This document shows, one piece after another, positions 9,583-18,613 of a stretch of DNA of 64,000 bases. The notes beneath the pieces are model-generated. The model saw only the letters and a program-made list of their open reading frames with translations, did no database searches and had not been told where the DNA came from. Origin of the DNA: a virus. Its lineage: Duplodnaviria > Caudoviricetes. Each line of letters starts with the position of its first letter. Within the stretch, counting starts at the first letter, position 1. The position numbers and the translations under genes are program-made. The stretch spans positions 1 to 64,000 of the IMG/VR virus record IMGVR_UViG_2895427314_000002. One strand, written 5' to 3'.

Positions 9583-9600
9583 GTTGGCGGTTACGCCAAC
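9583..9600. promoter_or_regulatory. 18-bp palindrome GTTGGCG-GTTA-CGCCAAC
   Basis: Perfect copy between stop 9580 and start 9627. Confidence 0.85.
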
Positions 9601-9626
9601 GACCTACCAACCATGAAAGAGGAACC

Positions 9627-10271
9627 ATGTCGATCAGCGCCACCACTGCTCGGACGATCGCTGACCTGGTCAACGCCACCGGCCTGCCCGGCAACACCGA
9701 CATTCGCCTCCTTCCCAACCTGAAGGCCCAGGCTCGCAACTGCCTCCTCCGGAAGGGCATCCGCACCCTCGCCATCCTGGCCGAGCACGACGAACTGACT
9801 CTCACGGACATTCGGCTCTTCGGTGACGCATGCCTGGCCAATGTCCGCGTCGTCCTGTCCGGGTTGGCTGAGCGGCACGCGGACATCATGCGGAACGCGC
9901 CGCCCTGGTATCAGGAGATCGCCGACCTCGCCGGAGCCCTCAGGGACGGCTACGACGAGCACCTCATCACCTCCGTCCTCGCCCGCATCACCGAGGCGGG
10001 CGCCCCCGGCTACCTACTGTGCGTGTGGGCCGAGCACGACGCGGCCGGGTACGGCGGCAACTCGGACATCTACATCGACGCCGACCACGGCGGCGGCCTC
10101 TGCCACGTCGGCGGAGACCTGTGGGCCTGGCTGTCCCAGCACCCCCTCACGCCCGGCACACCAGCCACCCCCGGAGACCCGGTCACCTGGAAGGGCAACC
10201 CGGCAGGGTTCCGCCTGGCCGACCTCGCCGTGGACGACGGCGGCCACAACTTCGCCCGCACCAACGGCTAA
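9627..10271 (+). CDS. RNA polymerase alpha C-terminal-domain-like protein fused to an unknown domain
   Basis: LKAQARNCLLRKGIRTLAIL...LTDIRLFGDACLANV resembles RpoA CTD (LSVRSYNCLKRAGI.T...L.KIRNFG.KSL.EI). Confidence 0.7.
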   Translation: MSISATTARTIADLVNATGLPGNTDIRLLPNLKAQARNCLLRKGIRTLAILAEHDELTLTDIRLFGDACLANVRVVLSGLAERHADIMRNAPPWYQEIADLAGALRDGYDEHLITSVLARITEAGAPGYLLCVWAEHDAAGYGGNSDIYIDADHGGGLCHVGGDLWAWLSQHPLTPGTPATPGDPVTWKGNPAGFRLADLAVDDGGHNFARTNG

Positions 10272-10334
10272 CGCCTCCCGGCCGCCGGCGGTCACCGGGT
10301 TGGCGGCGGTCATTCCACCACCAAGGAGAAACCG

Positions 10335-10640
10335 ATGGAACGCAGCGTCCCCTACGACGGCCGGGTCTACACCGTGCGCGTGCACCACGTGGAAGGTCCT
10401 GACCCGCTGATCGTCATCCTGTCCGCCACCTGCACCACCGATCCGAACAACATCGGCTACTGCGGATACGTCCGAGTCCCGATCGGCTACCGGCAGGGCT
10501 GGCGGTGGGCGCAGGTAGGCGACATCGAAAGCGACCCCGACGCCTGCCTCGAAGCGGCCAGGGCGAACTCGTGGAGCTCGTCCACTCCCGACTCCGCCAC
10601 CGTCGCGCAGTTGGAGTGGGCGCGCGAGCACGTCCAATGA
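10335..10640 (+). CDS. Hypothetical protein
   Basis: RBS AAGGAG; coupled to next gene. Confidence 0.7.
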   Translation: MERSVPYDGRVYTVRVHHVEGPDPLIVILSATCTTDPNNIGYCGYVRVPIGYRQGWRWAQVGDIESDPDACLEAARANSWSSSTPDSATVAQLEWAREHVQ

Positions 10641-11281
10641 GCCGCCAACTGGCCCTACGCATGTCCCCGGTGGTCGCGTTCTACCAGGTGGACGTGGATG
10701 AGGTCGCGGAGCTGCTGATCCGCTGGCGTCACCCGCTTCACCTCCCCAGCGACGAGCACCCCGAGGGCCGACCGTACAAGCGCCCGTACGGCTCCCTGGG
10801 GTTCGTCATGGAGGACCGCGGCCGGGTCGCCGCCGCCGTGATCCTGGCCAGCACCGTGAACACCTCGGTCTGCAAAGACCGGGGCCTGCACCGCTACAAC
10901 ACGGTGGACCTAGCCAGAATCGCCCGCTCGCCGGACCGGCGCGACGAGCAATGCCTGCGGGCCGTCCTGCGCATCACCCGCCTGTACCTCGTCCCGCTGT
11001 GGCTCGGCACCTACACCGGGTGGGACGCCCGCTCGGCCGAGAAGTCGAGTGGCCAGCCGCGCATCGAGGCGGTGTCGTCCACCTCGCTGCCCGGTACCCC
11101 CGGCAACCTGTACCGCTTCGACGGCTGGGAGAAGCTCCGCACCTCGAAAGGCCCCATGGGCGGCCCCCGCCAGAAGCCGTCCGCCGCGAACGAGATCGCG
11201 GACGGGGCGCGCGGCCTGTGGGTCTACCGCTACCCCGAACCCCTCACCACCACCACGAAGGAGATCGCCCATGTCGGATAA
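10637..11281 (+). CDS. Mom/XF1762-like GNAT-fold DNA-modification protein
   Basis: N-terminal WRHPLH, VDLARIAR, C-terminal PGNLYRFDGW resembling Mom-family GxxYxAxGW. Confidence 0.55.
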   Translation: MSRQLALRMSPVVAFYQVDVDEVAELLIRWRHPLHLPSDEHPEGRPYKRPYGSLGFVMEDRGRVAAAVILASTVNTSVCKDRGLHRYNTVDLARIARSPDRRDEQCLRAVLRITRLYLVPLWLGTYTGWDARSAEKSSGQPRIEAVSSTSLPGTPGNLYRFDGWEKLRTSKGPMGGPRQKPSAANEIADGARGLWVYRYPEPLTTTTKEIAHVG

Positions 11282-12338
11282 CAGCGACATCGAATGGCTC
11301 CGAGGCCCTGACGGGCGACGCGGATCCACCTGGAACTTCGTCATAGGCTGCACGAAGCGGTCGCCCGGCTGCGGCATGCCCCGCTGGGAAGGCGACAAGC
11401 GAGGCGGCTGCTACGCCATCATCCAGGCGACCATACGGGCTGGGAACCCGAACCCGAAGGTGGCCACCGCGTTCGCCGGCCTCACCCACCGCACCGAGCA
11501 CGGCCGCGACTGGACCGGCCAGGTGAACATCCTGCGCGACCGCCTGGACAAGCCACTCAAGTGGCGGGAACCGCGCCGCGTATTCGTCAACAGCCTTTCC
11601 GACCTGTGGGATGACCAGGTCCCCGAGGACGTGATCGCGCACGCGTTCGCGGTCATGGCCATGACCCCCCAGCACACCTACCTCATCCTGACCAAGACGC
11701 CCGGCCGCATGCGGGCGATGCTCCGTTCAGACGACTTCTGGAAGGCAGTCGGCGAGGCAGGCCGCGGCATCGCGCTCGCGAAGGTGCGGGGCAAGTACCG
11801 GTCGGCGTCGGCCATGCAACTCACCTCTGACTCCAGCGCAGACGGGTACTGGATGCCGGTTCGGCCGCTGCCGAACGTGCAGATCGGTGTGTCGGTCGAG
11901 GACCAGAAGTGGGCCGACCTTCGTATCCCCATCCTGCTCGACACCCCGCACATCGCCGTTCGGTGGATCTCGGCGGAACCGCTGCTCGGTCGCATCGTCC
12001 TGCGAAGCGAATGGCTGGACCCCTGGAAGAACCCCGCGACGCTCGACTGGGTCGTGGCCGGCGGCGAGTCCGGACCCCAGGCTCGTCCGATGCACCCCGA
12101 CTGGGCGCGCGGCCTGCGTGACCAGTGCGTCGCGGCGGGCGTGCCGTTCTTCTTCAAACAGTGGGGCGCGTGGACACCGTCTGGCATGGTCGGCGTCGGC
12201 AACCAGGGTCCGCGCTTCGCCTACATCGGCGACCCCGTGGACGAGCACGGCCACCGCATCGTCATGGAGAACGTCGGCAAGCACCAGGCGGGCGCCGTCC
12301 TCGACGACGAGACGTGGACGGAGTACCCCGATGCGTGA
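11271..12338 (+). CDS. DUF5131 (phage Gp37/Gp68) radical-SAM-like protein
   Basis: STWNFVIGCTKRSPGC...CYA, VFVNSLSDLW, LILTK, WVVAGGESGP, FFFKQWG. Confidence 0.9.
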   Translation: MSDNSDIEWLRGPDGRRGSTWNFVIGCTKRSPGCGMPRWEGDKRGGCYAIIQATIRAGNPNPKVATAFAGLTHRTEHGRDWTGQVNILRDRLDKPLKWREPRRVFVNSLSDLWDDQVPEDVIAHAFAVMAMTPQHTYLILTKTPGRMRAMLRSDDFWKAVGEAGRGIALAKVRGKYRSASAMQLTSDSSADGYWMPVRPLPNVQIGVSVEDQKWADLRIPILLDTPHIAVRWISAEPLLGRIVLRSEWLDPWKNPATLDWVVAGGESGPQARPMHPDWARGLRDQCVAAGVPFFFKQWGAWTPSGMVGVGNQGPRFAYIGDPVDEHGHRIVMENVGKHQAGAVLDDETWTEYPDA

Positions 12339-12672
12339 GACCAAGCGCGTCCAGGTCACCGGGGACCTCTTCCACCCCCGCCTCCCGGACGGGGCGGTCT
12401 GGTGCGGCCGGGAAGGGCCGCACCTGAAGCGGTCGCCGTACGCGAACCCACACACGCTCTCCGGCGCCGGCTGCTGGCGGCCCGGCTGCGACGGCCGGGT
12501 GCACAGCCGACGCGAGGTCCTCGACCTCTACCGCCAGCACCTCCACTCGCACCCGGAGCTCGTCGAACGTGCCCGCGCCGAGCTGGACGGGCAGGCGCTG
12601 GCATGCCGGTGCAAGCTCGATGAGGCGTGCCACGTGGACCTGCTGCTCGCTGCGATGGCGGCCGGACGGTGA
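12331..12672 (+). CDS. DUF4326 domain protein
   Basis: AVWCGR...SPYANP...ELDGQALACRC...CHVDLL. Confidence 0.85.
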   Translation: MRETKRVQVTGDLFHPRLPDGAVWCGREGPHLKRSPYANPHTLSGAGCWRPGCDGRVHSRREVLDLYRQHLHSHPELVERARAELDGQALACRCKLDEACHVDLLLAAMAAGR

Positions 12673-12676
12673 CCCG

Positions 12677-13596
12677 GTGGAGGTCTTCTTCATGGGGGCC
12701 AACACCGGGTCCTGGCTCCGGCGTGCGGACGTGGGCGTGCCGCTGTGTGTCGCTTACCGGCACCTCGCCGACCTCAAGGGCGAACTGCCGCGCGCCGTCG
12801 TGCCGTGGATGCTGGACTCGGGCGGATTCAACCAGGTGACCACGCACGGCGGATACACGACCTCGCCGCGCGACTACGTGCGGGCGGTCAAGCGCTTCGC
12901 CGACGAGATCGGCAGTCTACGGTGGGCTGCCTGCCAGGACTGGATGTGTGAACCGCCCGCTCTGGCCAGCTCGGGCGCTTCCGTGCGGTGTCATCAGCGC
13001 TGGAGCATCGAGAACTACCTGAGCTTGCGCTTTCTAGAGGGTGCGCCGGACGGTAGGTCGCTGTTCGTTCCGCCGCTCCAGGGCGACGGCCGAGACGCGT
13101 TTCTGCGGCACGTGGACGAGTTCGACCGGTACGGCATTGACCTGACGAGAGCGCCCTTGGTCAGTGTCGGCTCGGTGTGCCGGATGCAGTCCACCCTCGA
13201 GATCGGCCGTGTCCTACCGCTCTGGCCAGTCTCGGCCTGAAGATGCACGGGTTCGGCGTGAAGACTCTCGGGCTGCGCCGGTTCGGGCATCTCCTCGTCT
13301 CGGCGGACTCCATGGCGTGGTCTACCAACGCCCGGAAGAACGCCGACGACTTCAGAATCGACGTCCCAGAGCACACCCATCCCCGCGGCGGCAAGACCTG
13401 TTCGAGCTGCCCTGTCTACGCCCTGGCGTGGCGGAAGCGGATGCTGGCCAGCATCCCGCCCCCACCCAAGACCGTCGCTTTGGAGCTGCCCGCTCTGTAT
13501 GCCGGCCGCCAGGTGCTGCCCCGCTTCAGCGACATTCCTAACTCGGCCGTGCGACATCGGCCGAGCATCCCCATCTACGGAGGGAGAACCCCATGA
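12677..13596 (+). pseudogene. TGT/DpdA-like deazapurine DNA-modification protein, frameshifted near 13216
   Basis: WMLDSGGF, CQDWMCEP, PPLQG, VGSVCR in one frame; KMHGFGVK, SADSMAWS in the next; one missing base at GTCCTACCGCT would fuse them. Confidence 0.75.
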
Positions 13597-13940
13597 CCCA
13601 GCTCAACGACACCCCCGCTACCACAGCGGCCGAGGTCGAGGTGCCTCCGGTCCAACCCGCCGACATCCTCGCCTACCTCGCGCGCAGCGTCGCCCGCGAC
13701 CTCACACAGCTCACCCTTGCGACCGCGGACGGGGTGCCGGAGCTCATCGCCGCGGCGGCCGAGGACGCGGCGCGGGGCGTGGACGCGTTCATGGCCACGC
13801 TCATGGAGGCCGAGGGCTTGACCATCGAGCAGGCTCAGACCCGTGCCGCCGGGCTCATCGCCGAGCAGGGAGAGGTCGAAACGCGCGGCACCCGGCTGGG
13901 CGAACTGATGGACGAACTCGGGCTGAGAGCGGCCCCATGA
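13593..13940 (+). CDS. Hypothetical protein
   Basis: RBS GGAGGGAG; ATGA coupling. Confidence 0.7.
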   Translation: MTQLNDTPATTAAEVEVPPVQPADILAYLARSVARDLTQLTLATADGVPELIAAAAEDAARGVDAFMATLMEAEGLTIEQAQTRAAGLIAEQGEVETRGTRLGELMDELGLRAAP

Positions 13941-14362
13941 GCCCTAAAGACGAGCGGATCGCCGAGTGCCGAACCCTCCTGCAACGGGAGGGGATCTCCT
14001 CGCCGCGTCGCCTTGCCGCCCGGCTGGGCGTGACCGAGCGCACCGTCTTCCGGTACCTGCGGGACATGGAAGGGCGGTGCCGCAAGCTCGACCACTACGA
14101 CGAGTGGATGCCGCTGATCCTCGTGCACCTGTGCCGATACCCGCGATCACAGTTCACCGGGTTCGAGCTGGCGCGAAGAGTGCTGGGCGACCACTCTGCG
14201 GTCCTGGCCTCGACGCTGCAGCGGATGGAACGGGAGAAGCTGGTGACGTGCACGGTCAAGCCCCGCAACGACGGCATCTTCTCGCGACACCAGCCGGTGT
14301 ACTGGTGGCAACTCCATCCGGACATCGCCCTGGCCGTCGAGTCGGCCCAGGAGGCGGTGTAG
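13937..14362 (+). CDS. HTH plus winged-helix DNA-binding protein
   Basis: SPRRLAARLGVTERTVFRYL. Confidence 0.75.
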   Translation: MSPKDERIAECRTLLQREGISSPRRLAARLGVTERTVFRYLRDMEGRCRKLDHYDEWMPLILVHLCRYPRSQFTGFELARRVLGDHSAVLASTLQRMEREKLVTCTVKPRNDGIFSRHQPVYWWQLHPDIALAVESAQEAV

Positions 14363-14364
14363 CC

Positions 14365-14775
14365 ATGCCGACGTGGGAGCGGACCAGGAACCGAAGGGCG
14401 CGCATCGCCGAGCTCGTCGCCTGCGACTACGCCGTCCCCGTCATCGCGGCCCGGCTCGGGATGCACGAGCGCAGCGTCTACCGGCACCTCGTCGCGATGG
14501 AGGGCCGTCCCCGGTCGCCGCGGGCGTACGAGGATCGGATGCCGCGCGTGCTCGCCCACCTGGAGGCCTACCCCGGCAAGCTGTTCACCCATGGTGAGTT
14601 ACGTCGCGTGCTGGGCCTACCAGTCACGGCGAAGCTGCGGACCACGCTGGAGCGGATGGAACGCGAGTGCCTGGTGGAGTCGGTGCCGGGTTTCCGGGAT
14701 GATCGGGAGTTCTGCGTACCGCGACCGGTTACCCGGTGGCGACTTGGCTCCGGCAAGGACGTAGGCAGGCAATGA
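14365..14775 (+). CDS. HTH plus winged-helix protein, tandem paralog of 13937
   Basis: VPVIAARLGMHERSVYRHL...MEGR...YP...FT..EL...TLERMERE. Confidence 0.75.
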   Translation: MPTWERTRNRRARIAELVACDYAVPVIAARLGMHERSVYRHLVAMEGRPRSPRAYEDRMPRVLAHLEAYPGKLFTHGELRRVLGLPVTAKLRTTLERMERECLVESVPGFRDDREFCVPRPVTRWRLGSGKDVGRQ

Positions 14776-14778
14776 CTC

Positions 14779-14796
14779 GTTGGCGGTATCGCCAAC
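14779..14796. promoter_or_regulatory. 18-bp palindrome GTTGGCG-GTAT-CGCCAAC
   Basis: Perfect copy 3 nt after stop 14775. Confidence 0.85.
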
Positions 14797-14883
14797 GAGA
14801 ACGAGGGCGTGGACCTGCCACCGGTCCGCGATCGTGACGTGCCCTGGCTGGCTAACCGGCCTGCTCAACATCGGGAGAGTGTA

Positions 14884-15153
14884 ATGGTACAGATCCGCGT
14901 CATGGACGACGACGGCGAACTGGCGGCCGAGGTCGTCGCCCGCCTGGTTCGGCTCCTGGCGAGCGAGGAATCCGACCTGCGGGCCGGAAGCGTGAACCGG
15001 GCCAGCCACCGCGGTGGAGGCGGGCGGTTTTTCCTCGACGCGATGCCCGACGATTGGGTACCGGCCAGGCCGGTGCGCGTGCGAGCTGAGCGCGTTGATC
15101 AGGCTCCATCGCGGCGGCCGAGTCGTGCACGTCGAGCGTTGCCGCCTGAATGA
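14884..15153 (+). CDS. Hypothetical protein
   Basis: RBS GGGAG; MVQIRVMDDD. Confidence 0.65.
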   Translation: MVQIRVMDDDGELAAEVVARLVRLLASEESDLRAGSVNRASHRGGGGRFFLDAMPDDWVPARPVRVRAERVDQAPSRRPSRARRALPPE

Positions 15154-15156
15154 GAC

Positions 15157-15194
15157 GCCGACCCTAGCCGGCCTCGCAGCCGGCTAGGGTCGGC
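15157..15194. terminator. Bidirectional hairpin between convergent genes
   Basis: GCCGACCCTAGCCGGC/GCCGGCTAGGGTCGGC. Confidence 0.7.
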
Positions 15195-15687
15195 CGCCCT
15201 TGTCGAGGTGGTTGAACCACGCGTTCAGCGCATCCGTGATCACCACGTTGCCGTTCTCACGCATGCGATGGCATGCCTCGACCAGCCGAGCGCGGGTGTT
15301 CTGCTTGAGTCGGGCTGTGACCAGAGTTCCCTCGTCCCCATCCTCGTTCCACGCGTGTGTTCTGCGGGTGAAACGAGGGATGTCGAGGTCAGTCTCGTCC
15401 GGCATTTCCTTGGGAATGGGCGGATAGAACTGGTCGCAATAGAAGTTGATCGCAGCTTCCCACACGTCTTGCAGCCCCTGCCCGGTCGCTTTGCAGACGT
15501 GGGTAAGTCGCTCGTTGGTGACCGCATCCAGGCGTGTCCCGGTATTGATGAGATTCATCCAGGTGGCAGCGCGGCGGCGTTCCGGAGCAGGGTGAGGAGT
15601 GGCCGTTCGCGAGCCCGCCAACTGAGACAGCGCATCAGGTTCGAGGAACGTGAGCTGTAGGGGGTTCTGATCTTCCTCGCGGGTCAT
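15184..15687 (-). CDS. Tandem ribbon-helix-helix-like DNA-binding protein
   Basis: Two similar units: NTGTRLDAVTNERL..C..TGQGLQDVWEAAINFY and LVTARLKQNTRARL..C..MRENGNVVITDALNAW. Confidence 0.6.
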   Translation of the reverse strand: MTREEDQNPLQLTFLEPDALSQLAGSRTATPHPAPERRRAATWMNLINTGTRLDAVTNERLTHVCKATGQGLQDVWEAAINFYCDQFYPPIPKEMPDETDLDIPRFTRRTHAWNEDGDEGTLVTARLKQNTRARLVEACHRMRENGNVVITDALNAWFNHLDKGGRP

Positions 15688-15758
15688 GTGGGCTGCTCCT
15701 GGGGTGGGGCGTGTGGGCGCGGTGGCGGCTTGAGTGCGATCTCTACCGTATTCCTGTA

Positions 15759-15772
15759 CGTGTCTCGCGACA
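15759..15772. promoter_or_regulatory. Operator-like motif CGTGTCTCGCGACA
   Basis: Exact reverse complement at 24165..24178; both in divergent intergenic regions. Confidence 0.55.
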
Positions 15773-15864
15773 AAGCCGTGTCCGGTATATCCGTTTCCAG
15801 GAGAGAGTCGATCACGCCATCTCAGACCACCACAGCGCCGCCTGCGGCCATCTCCGGCAGAATC

Positions 15865-15882
15865 GTTGGCGATACCGCCAAC
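15865..15882. promoter_or_regulatory. 18-bp palindrome GTTGGCG-ATAC-CGCCAAC
   Basis: Perfect copy before RBS of 15899. Confidence 0.85.
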
Positions 15883-15898
15883 GAGAAAGGACCACGAA

Positions 15899-16138
15899 AT
15901 GCCGATGACCGATCCCACCACCACCGCCCCCCCGATCCTCCCCGGCAACTACGTCCGCAGCCTCGTCTGGCCCGACCACGTCGGCACCGTCGTCGCCGTC
16001 TTCGAGAACGGCGACCTGTCCGTGGACTGGCACGGCCACCTGGCCAACGACCAGATCAACCCCGGCGACGTCACGAGGCTCACCGAGGAAGAGAAGACGG
16101 CCTACATCGCCGCCTGGACCCCCGAGGCAGGCTCCTGA
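15899..16138 (+). CDS. Small beta-rich (SH3-like) hypothetical protein
   Basis: RBS AAAGGA; PGNYVRS...GTVVAV..GDLSVDW. Confidence 0.7.
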   Translation: MPMTDPTTTAPPILPGNYVRSLVWPDHVGTVVAVFENGDLSVDWHGHLANDQINPGDVTRLTEEEKTAYIAAWTPEAGS

Positions 16139-16490
16139 TGCCGTACAGCACGCTCGGCAGCCACCCCGACGTCCTCCGCATCGTCATCCAGGACGGAAAC
16201 GACACGCGCCCCAGCCCTGTCGATGAGGACGACGAGCTCATCCCTCCACCCCGGCCGGGCCAGTGGGCCCTCACCCTCATCGACGACGACAACCTCCACC
16301 TGCTCGCCATCGAGGAAGGCACCGCCGACGACCTGGCCGCCTTCCTCACCCGCCTCACCGTCCAGGCCGCCGCCGCCCTGCGGGCCGCCGGCGTGGACCT
16401 GCCGGGCCGCATCCACACCGCACTGGCCGACGCCGGGCTCCTCTCCCGCGACGATGCCGACACCACCTCCGATGTGCCAGAAGGAACCTC
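16138..16490 (+). CDS. Hypothetical protein lacking its expected stop (frame stays open to 17646)
   Basis: TGATG coupling at 16138; protein-like until PEGTS near 16490. Confidence 0.55.
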
Positions 16491-16853
16491 ATGGCCACGC
16501 CCACCTGCATTAACGAGACCGCCAACCTCAGCGGCACCGACGTCACCGCGTACGCGACCCGCGACGACCTCCTCGCCCTTGTGCGGCGGCTCCTTCTGCC
16601 GCGCGGCAGTGACGGCTCACCCTACGGGGAGGTGCAGATCGGCTCCACGACCGTCGATGGAGTTGAGGAGAACCCGGTGTGCGTGCACCGCGCGGCTCAC
16701 CAGATCGCCTCGCTCGGCGACGAGCTCAACGACGAGACGTACCCCGAGCTGTATGAGCACCCTGGTGCGCTCATCGAGGAGGACGACCCGGTCGCGGACC
16801 GCCGCGCCGCGCAGGAGATCATCACCCTGCTCACGGAGGCGTACGGACTATGA
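16491..16853 (+). CDS. Hypothetical acidic protein
   Basis: RBS AAGGA; MATPTCINETANL. Confidence 0.7.
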   Translation: MATPTCINETANLSGTDVTAYATRDDLLALVRRLLLPRGSDGSPYGEVQIGSTTVDGVEENPVCVHRAAHQIASLGDELNDETYPELYEHPGALIEEDDPVADRRAAQEIITLLTEAYGL

Positions 16854-17206
16854 GCTTGGACAGCCACAGCCACCACGGCCACCTCACGGCGGAGAACATC
16901 CATGGAGTCGCCGACCGGCTCCGAGCGACGCTCGGAGACCAGCCGTTCGTGCTCGTGCGCACCTCGCCCACCTTCGACAACGGAATCCCGCACGTAACGG
17001 TCGGGTGCACGCTCACCTCACCGATCGAGGTCGTCACGTTCGGGGACGCCAGTCTGGGCCTGGAGTTCAGTGGCGGCGGCTGGTCATTCAGCTTTGCCGC
17101 AGGCACGCAGTTCGCGTTCGAGGGGCCCGTATTAACGATCTCCGAGAACTCCCCGAGCAGGCACCTGAACCACTTCGTGTTCGCCCCGGAAGGCGGCGGC
17201 GAGTGA
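16850..17206 (+). CDS. Hypothetical protein
   Basis: ATGA/GTGA overlaps at both ends. Confidence 0.7.
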   Translation: MSLDSHSHHGHLTAENIHGVADRLRATLGDQPFVLVRTSPTFDNGIPHVTVGCTLTSPIEVVTFGDASLGLEFSGGGWSFSFAAGTQFAFEGPVLTISENSPSRHLNHFVFAPEGGGE

Positions 17207-17646
17207 TCGACGTGTCACAGAGAGCCGTACTGGAGCGGGCCGCGGGCGTCATCGAACACAACGGCCTGGTCCGCCACTTCTACTACGACCGTGAGCAGAC
17301 CTTCCCTGGGGTGGCGTTCGACAGCGAGGCCGACCACAAGGCCGCGCGCAGGCTATGCCCCCTGGGCGCCATCGCGGTCGCGTGCGATCTGGAGCCGGAC
17401 GCGTGGGCGGAAGGAAACCGAGACCGGAACGACGCCCGCTTCCAAGCGGCCGAGGATGCCGCTTGGCACCTCGTCCAGTACCTGGAGCACCACGGGCTGG
17501 TCACGCCGGGGGACAGCAGTCCCGAAGCGATCATTAGCGGTGTCGGTGAGTGGGCGGACGCCGGAGGCCATGTCGGAATCGCCCGGCCGCTGGAGGTCAT
17601 CGTGGCCACGATGCGGACGGCAGCACGATGGGAGCCAGCAGCGTGA
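17203..17646 (+). CDS. DUF6197-like phage protein
   Basis: VLERAAGVIEHNG...LCPLGAI...EWAD. Confidence 0.6.
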   Translation: MIDVSQRAVLERAAGVIEHNGLVRHFYYDREQTFPGVAFDSEADHKAARRLCPLGAIAVACDLEPDAWAEGNRDRNDARFQAAEDAAWHLVQYLEHHGLVTPGDSSPEAIISGVGEWADAGGHVGIARPLEVIVATMRTAARWEPAA

Positions 17647-18065
17647 AGGCGCTGACCGTTTACCAGCCCTGGGCCTGGGCCATCGCGTTCGGCGACAAGG
17701 ACGTCGAGAACCGAACGCGCGGCACCCGCCACCGCGGCGAGCTCGCAATCCACGCTGGGAAGCCCTGGGACGAGTACGGCGCGGCCGACCCGCGCATCAT
17801 CGCCGCCGCCGGCCAGCTCGCCGGGCCGCTGCTCCGCGACGACCGGTTCGAGTTCGGCTCCATCGTGGCCGTCGCCGAGCTGGTGGACGTGGTCCGGGAC
17901 TCGCCGTCGCCCTGGGCGGCGCCGGGCCAGTGCCACTGGCTGCTGGCCAACGTGCGGCCGGTTGCCGAGCCAGTGCCGTGCCGGGGCTGGCAGAACGTCT
18001 GGGATGTGCCGCCGGAAGTGGAGGTCGCAGTGCAGGCCCAGCTCGACCGAAGGGACCTGACATGA
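17643..18065 (+). CDS. ASCH domain protein
   Basis: KALTVYQPWAWAIAFGDKDVENR...LAIHAG. Confidence 0.9.
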   Translation: MKALTVYQPWAWAIAFGDKDVENRTRGTRHRGELAIHAGKPWDEYGAADPRIIAAAGQLAGPLLRDDRFEFGSIVAVAELVDVVRDSPSPWAAPGQCHWLLANVRPVAEPVPCRGWQNVWDVPPEVEVAVQAQLDRRDLT

Positions 18066-18472
18066 TCGGCCCCCGGTACTGGGCCACCGGCATCACCGTG
18101 AGCTGCGACGGCCGCGACGGCTGGGGTGCGCAGGTGGACTTCTACGACGACGGGCACGGCGACGACGACCCTGGCCGCGGCCGGATCTCCACGGAAGGCA
18201 CGCTGCGGACGCGGTACTTCGTTGGGGGCGGTGACCAGGTGGACTCGCTGACCCTCGCCATCGACACGGTGAAGGCCGACGCCGAGAAGATGGGCATCGC
18301 ATGGTCGGACGCGGCCACCGTGTACTTCACCGGCGACGGCGGACTCCCGGATTGGCCCGCTCCGGAGGGTTGGCGGGAGCTGGTCAACAATCACGCTGTC
18401 CGGCTCGGCTGGCAGCCTGCCTACCGCGTGGACCCCGGAACTGTCTGGCGAAGCGGCCAGTTGAACGCATAG
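18062..18472 (+). CDS. Hypothetical protein
   Basis: RBS AAGGGA; last gene before terminator. Confidence 0.7.
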   Translation: MIGPRYWATGITVSCDGRDGWGAQVDFYDDGHGDDDPGRGRISTEGTLRTRYFVGGGDQVDSLTLAIDTVKADAEKMGIAWSDAATVYFTGDGGLPDWPAPEGWRELVNNHAVRLGWQPAYRVDPGTVWRSGQLNA

Positions 18473-18515
18473 AGTGCCCCGTACACGCGCGTGATCTGCA
18501 TACTCCCGCGCAGCG

Positions 18516-18560
18516 AAGGCCCCGGCCCGGAAATCCACCCCTTCCGGCCGGGGCCTTTTC
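18516..18560 (+). terminator. Intrinsic terminator
   Basis: AAGGCCCCGGC...GCCGGGGCCTT followed by T-tract. Confidence 0.75.
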
Positions 18561-18613
18561 GCGCTCCGCCGAAGGCTCGCGGTGCGCGCGGACGGCTCGT
18601 CGGCCCGCCGAGG

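Noticed and set aside
8102-9889. Long antisense ORFs (also 24429..25919, 26005..27390, 29669..31624, 33105..34676)
   Set aside because: Shadow frames of high-GC genes; no motifs, and the opposite strand has clear family signatures
681-11260. CACCACCAC runs before several RBSs
   Set aside because: Common unstructured leaders in actinobacterial mobile elements; not distinctive
16509-16526. ATTAACG-AGAC-CGCCAAC as another palindrome copy
   Set aside because: Three mismatches in one arm and intragenic; could be chance
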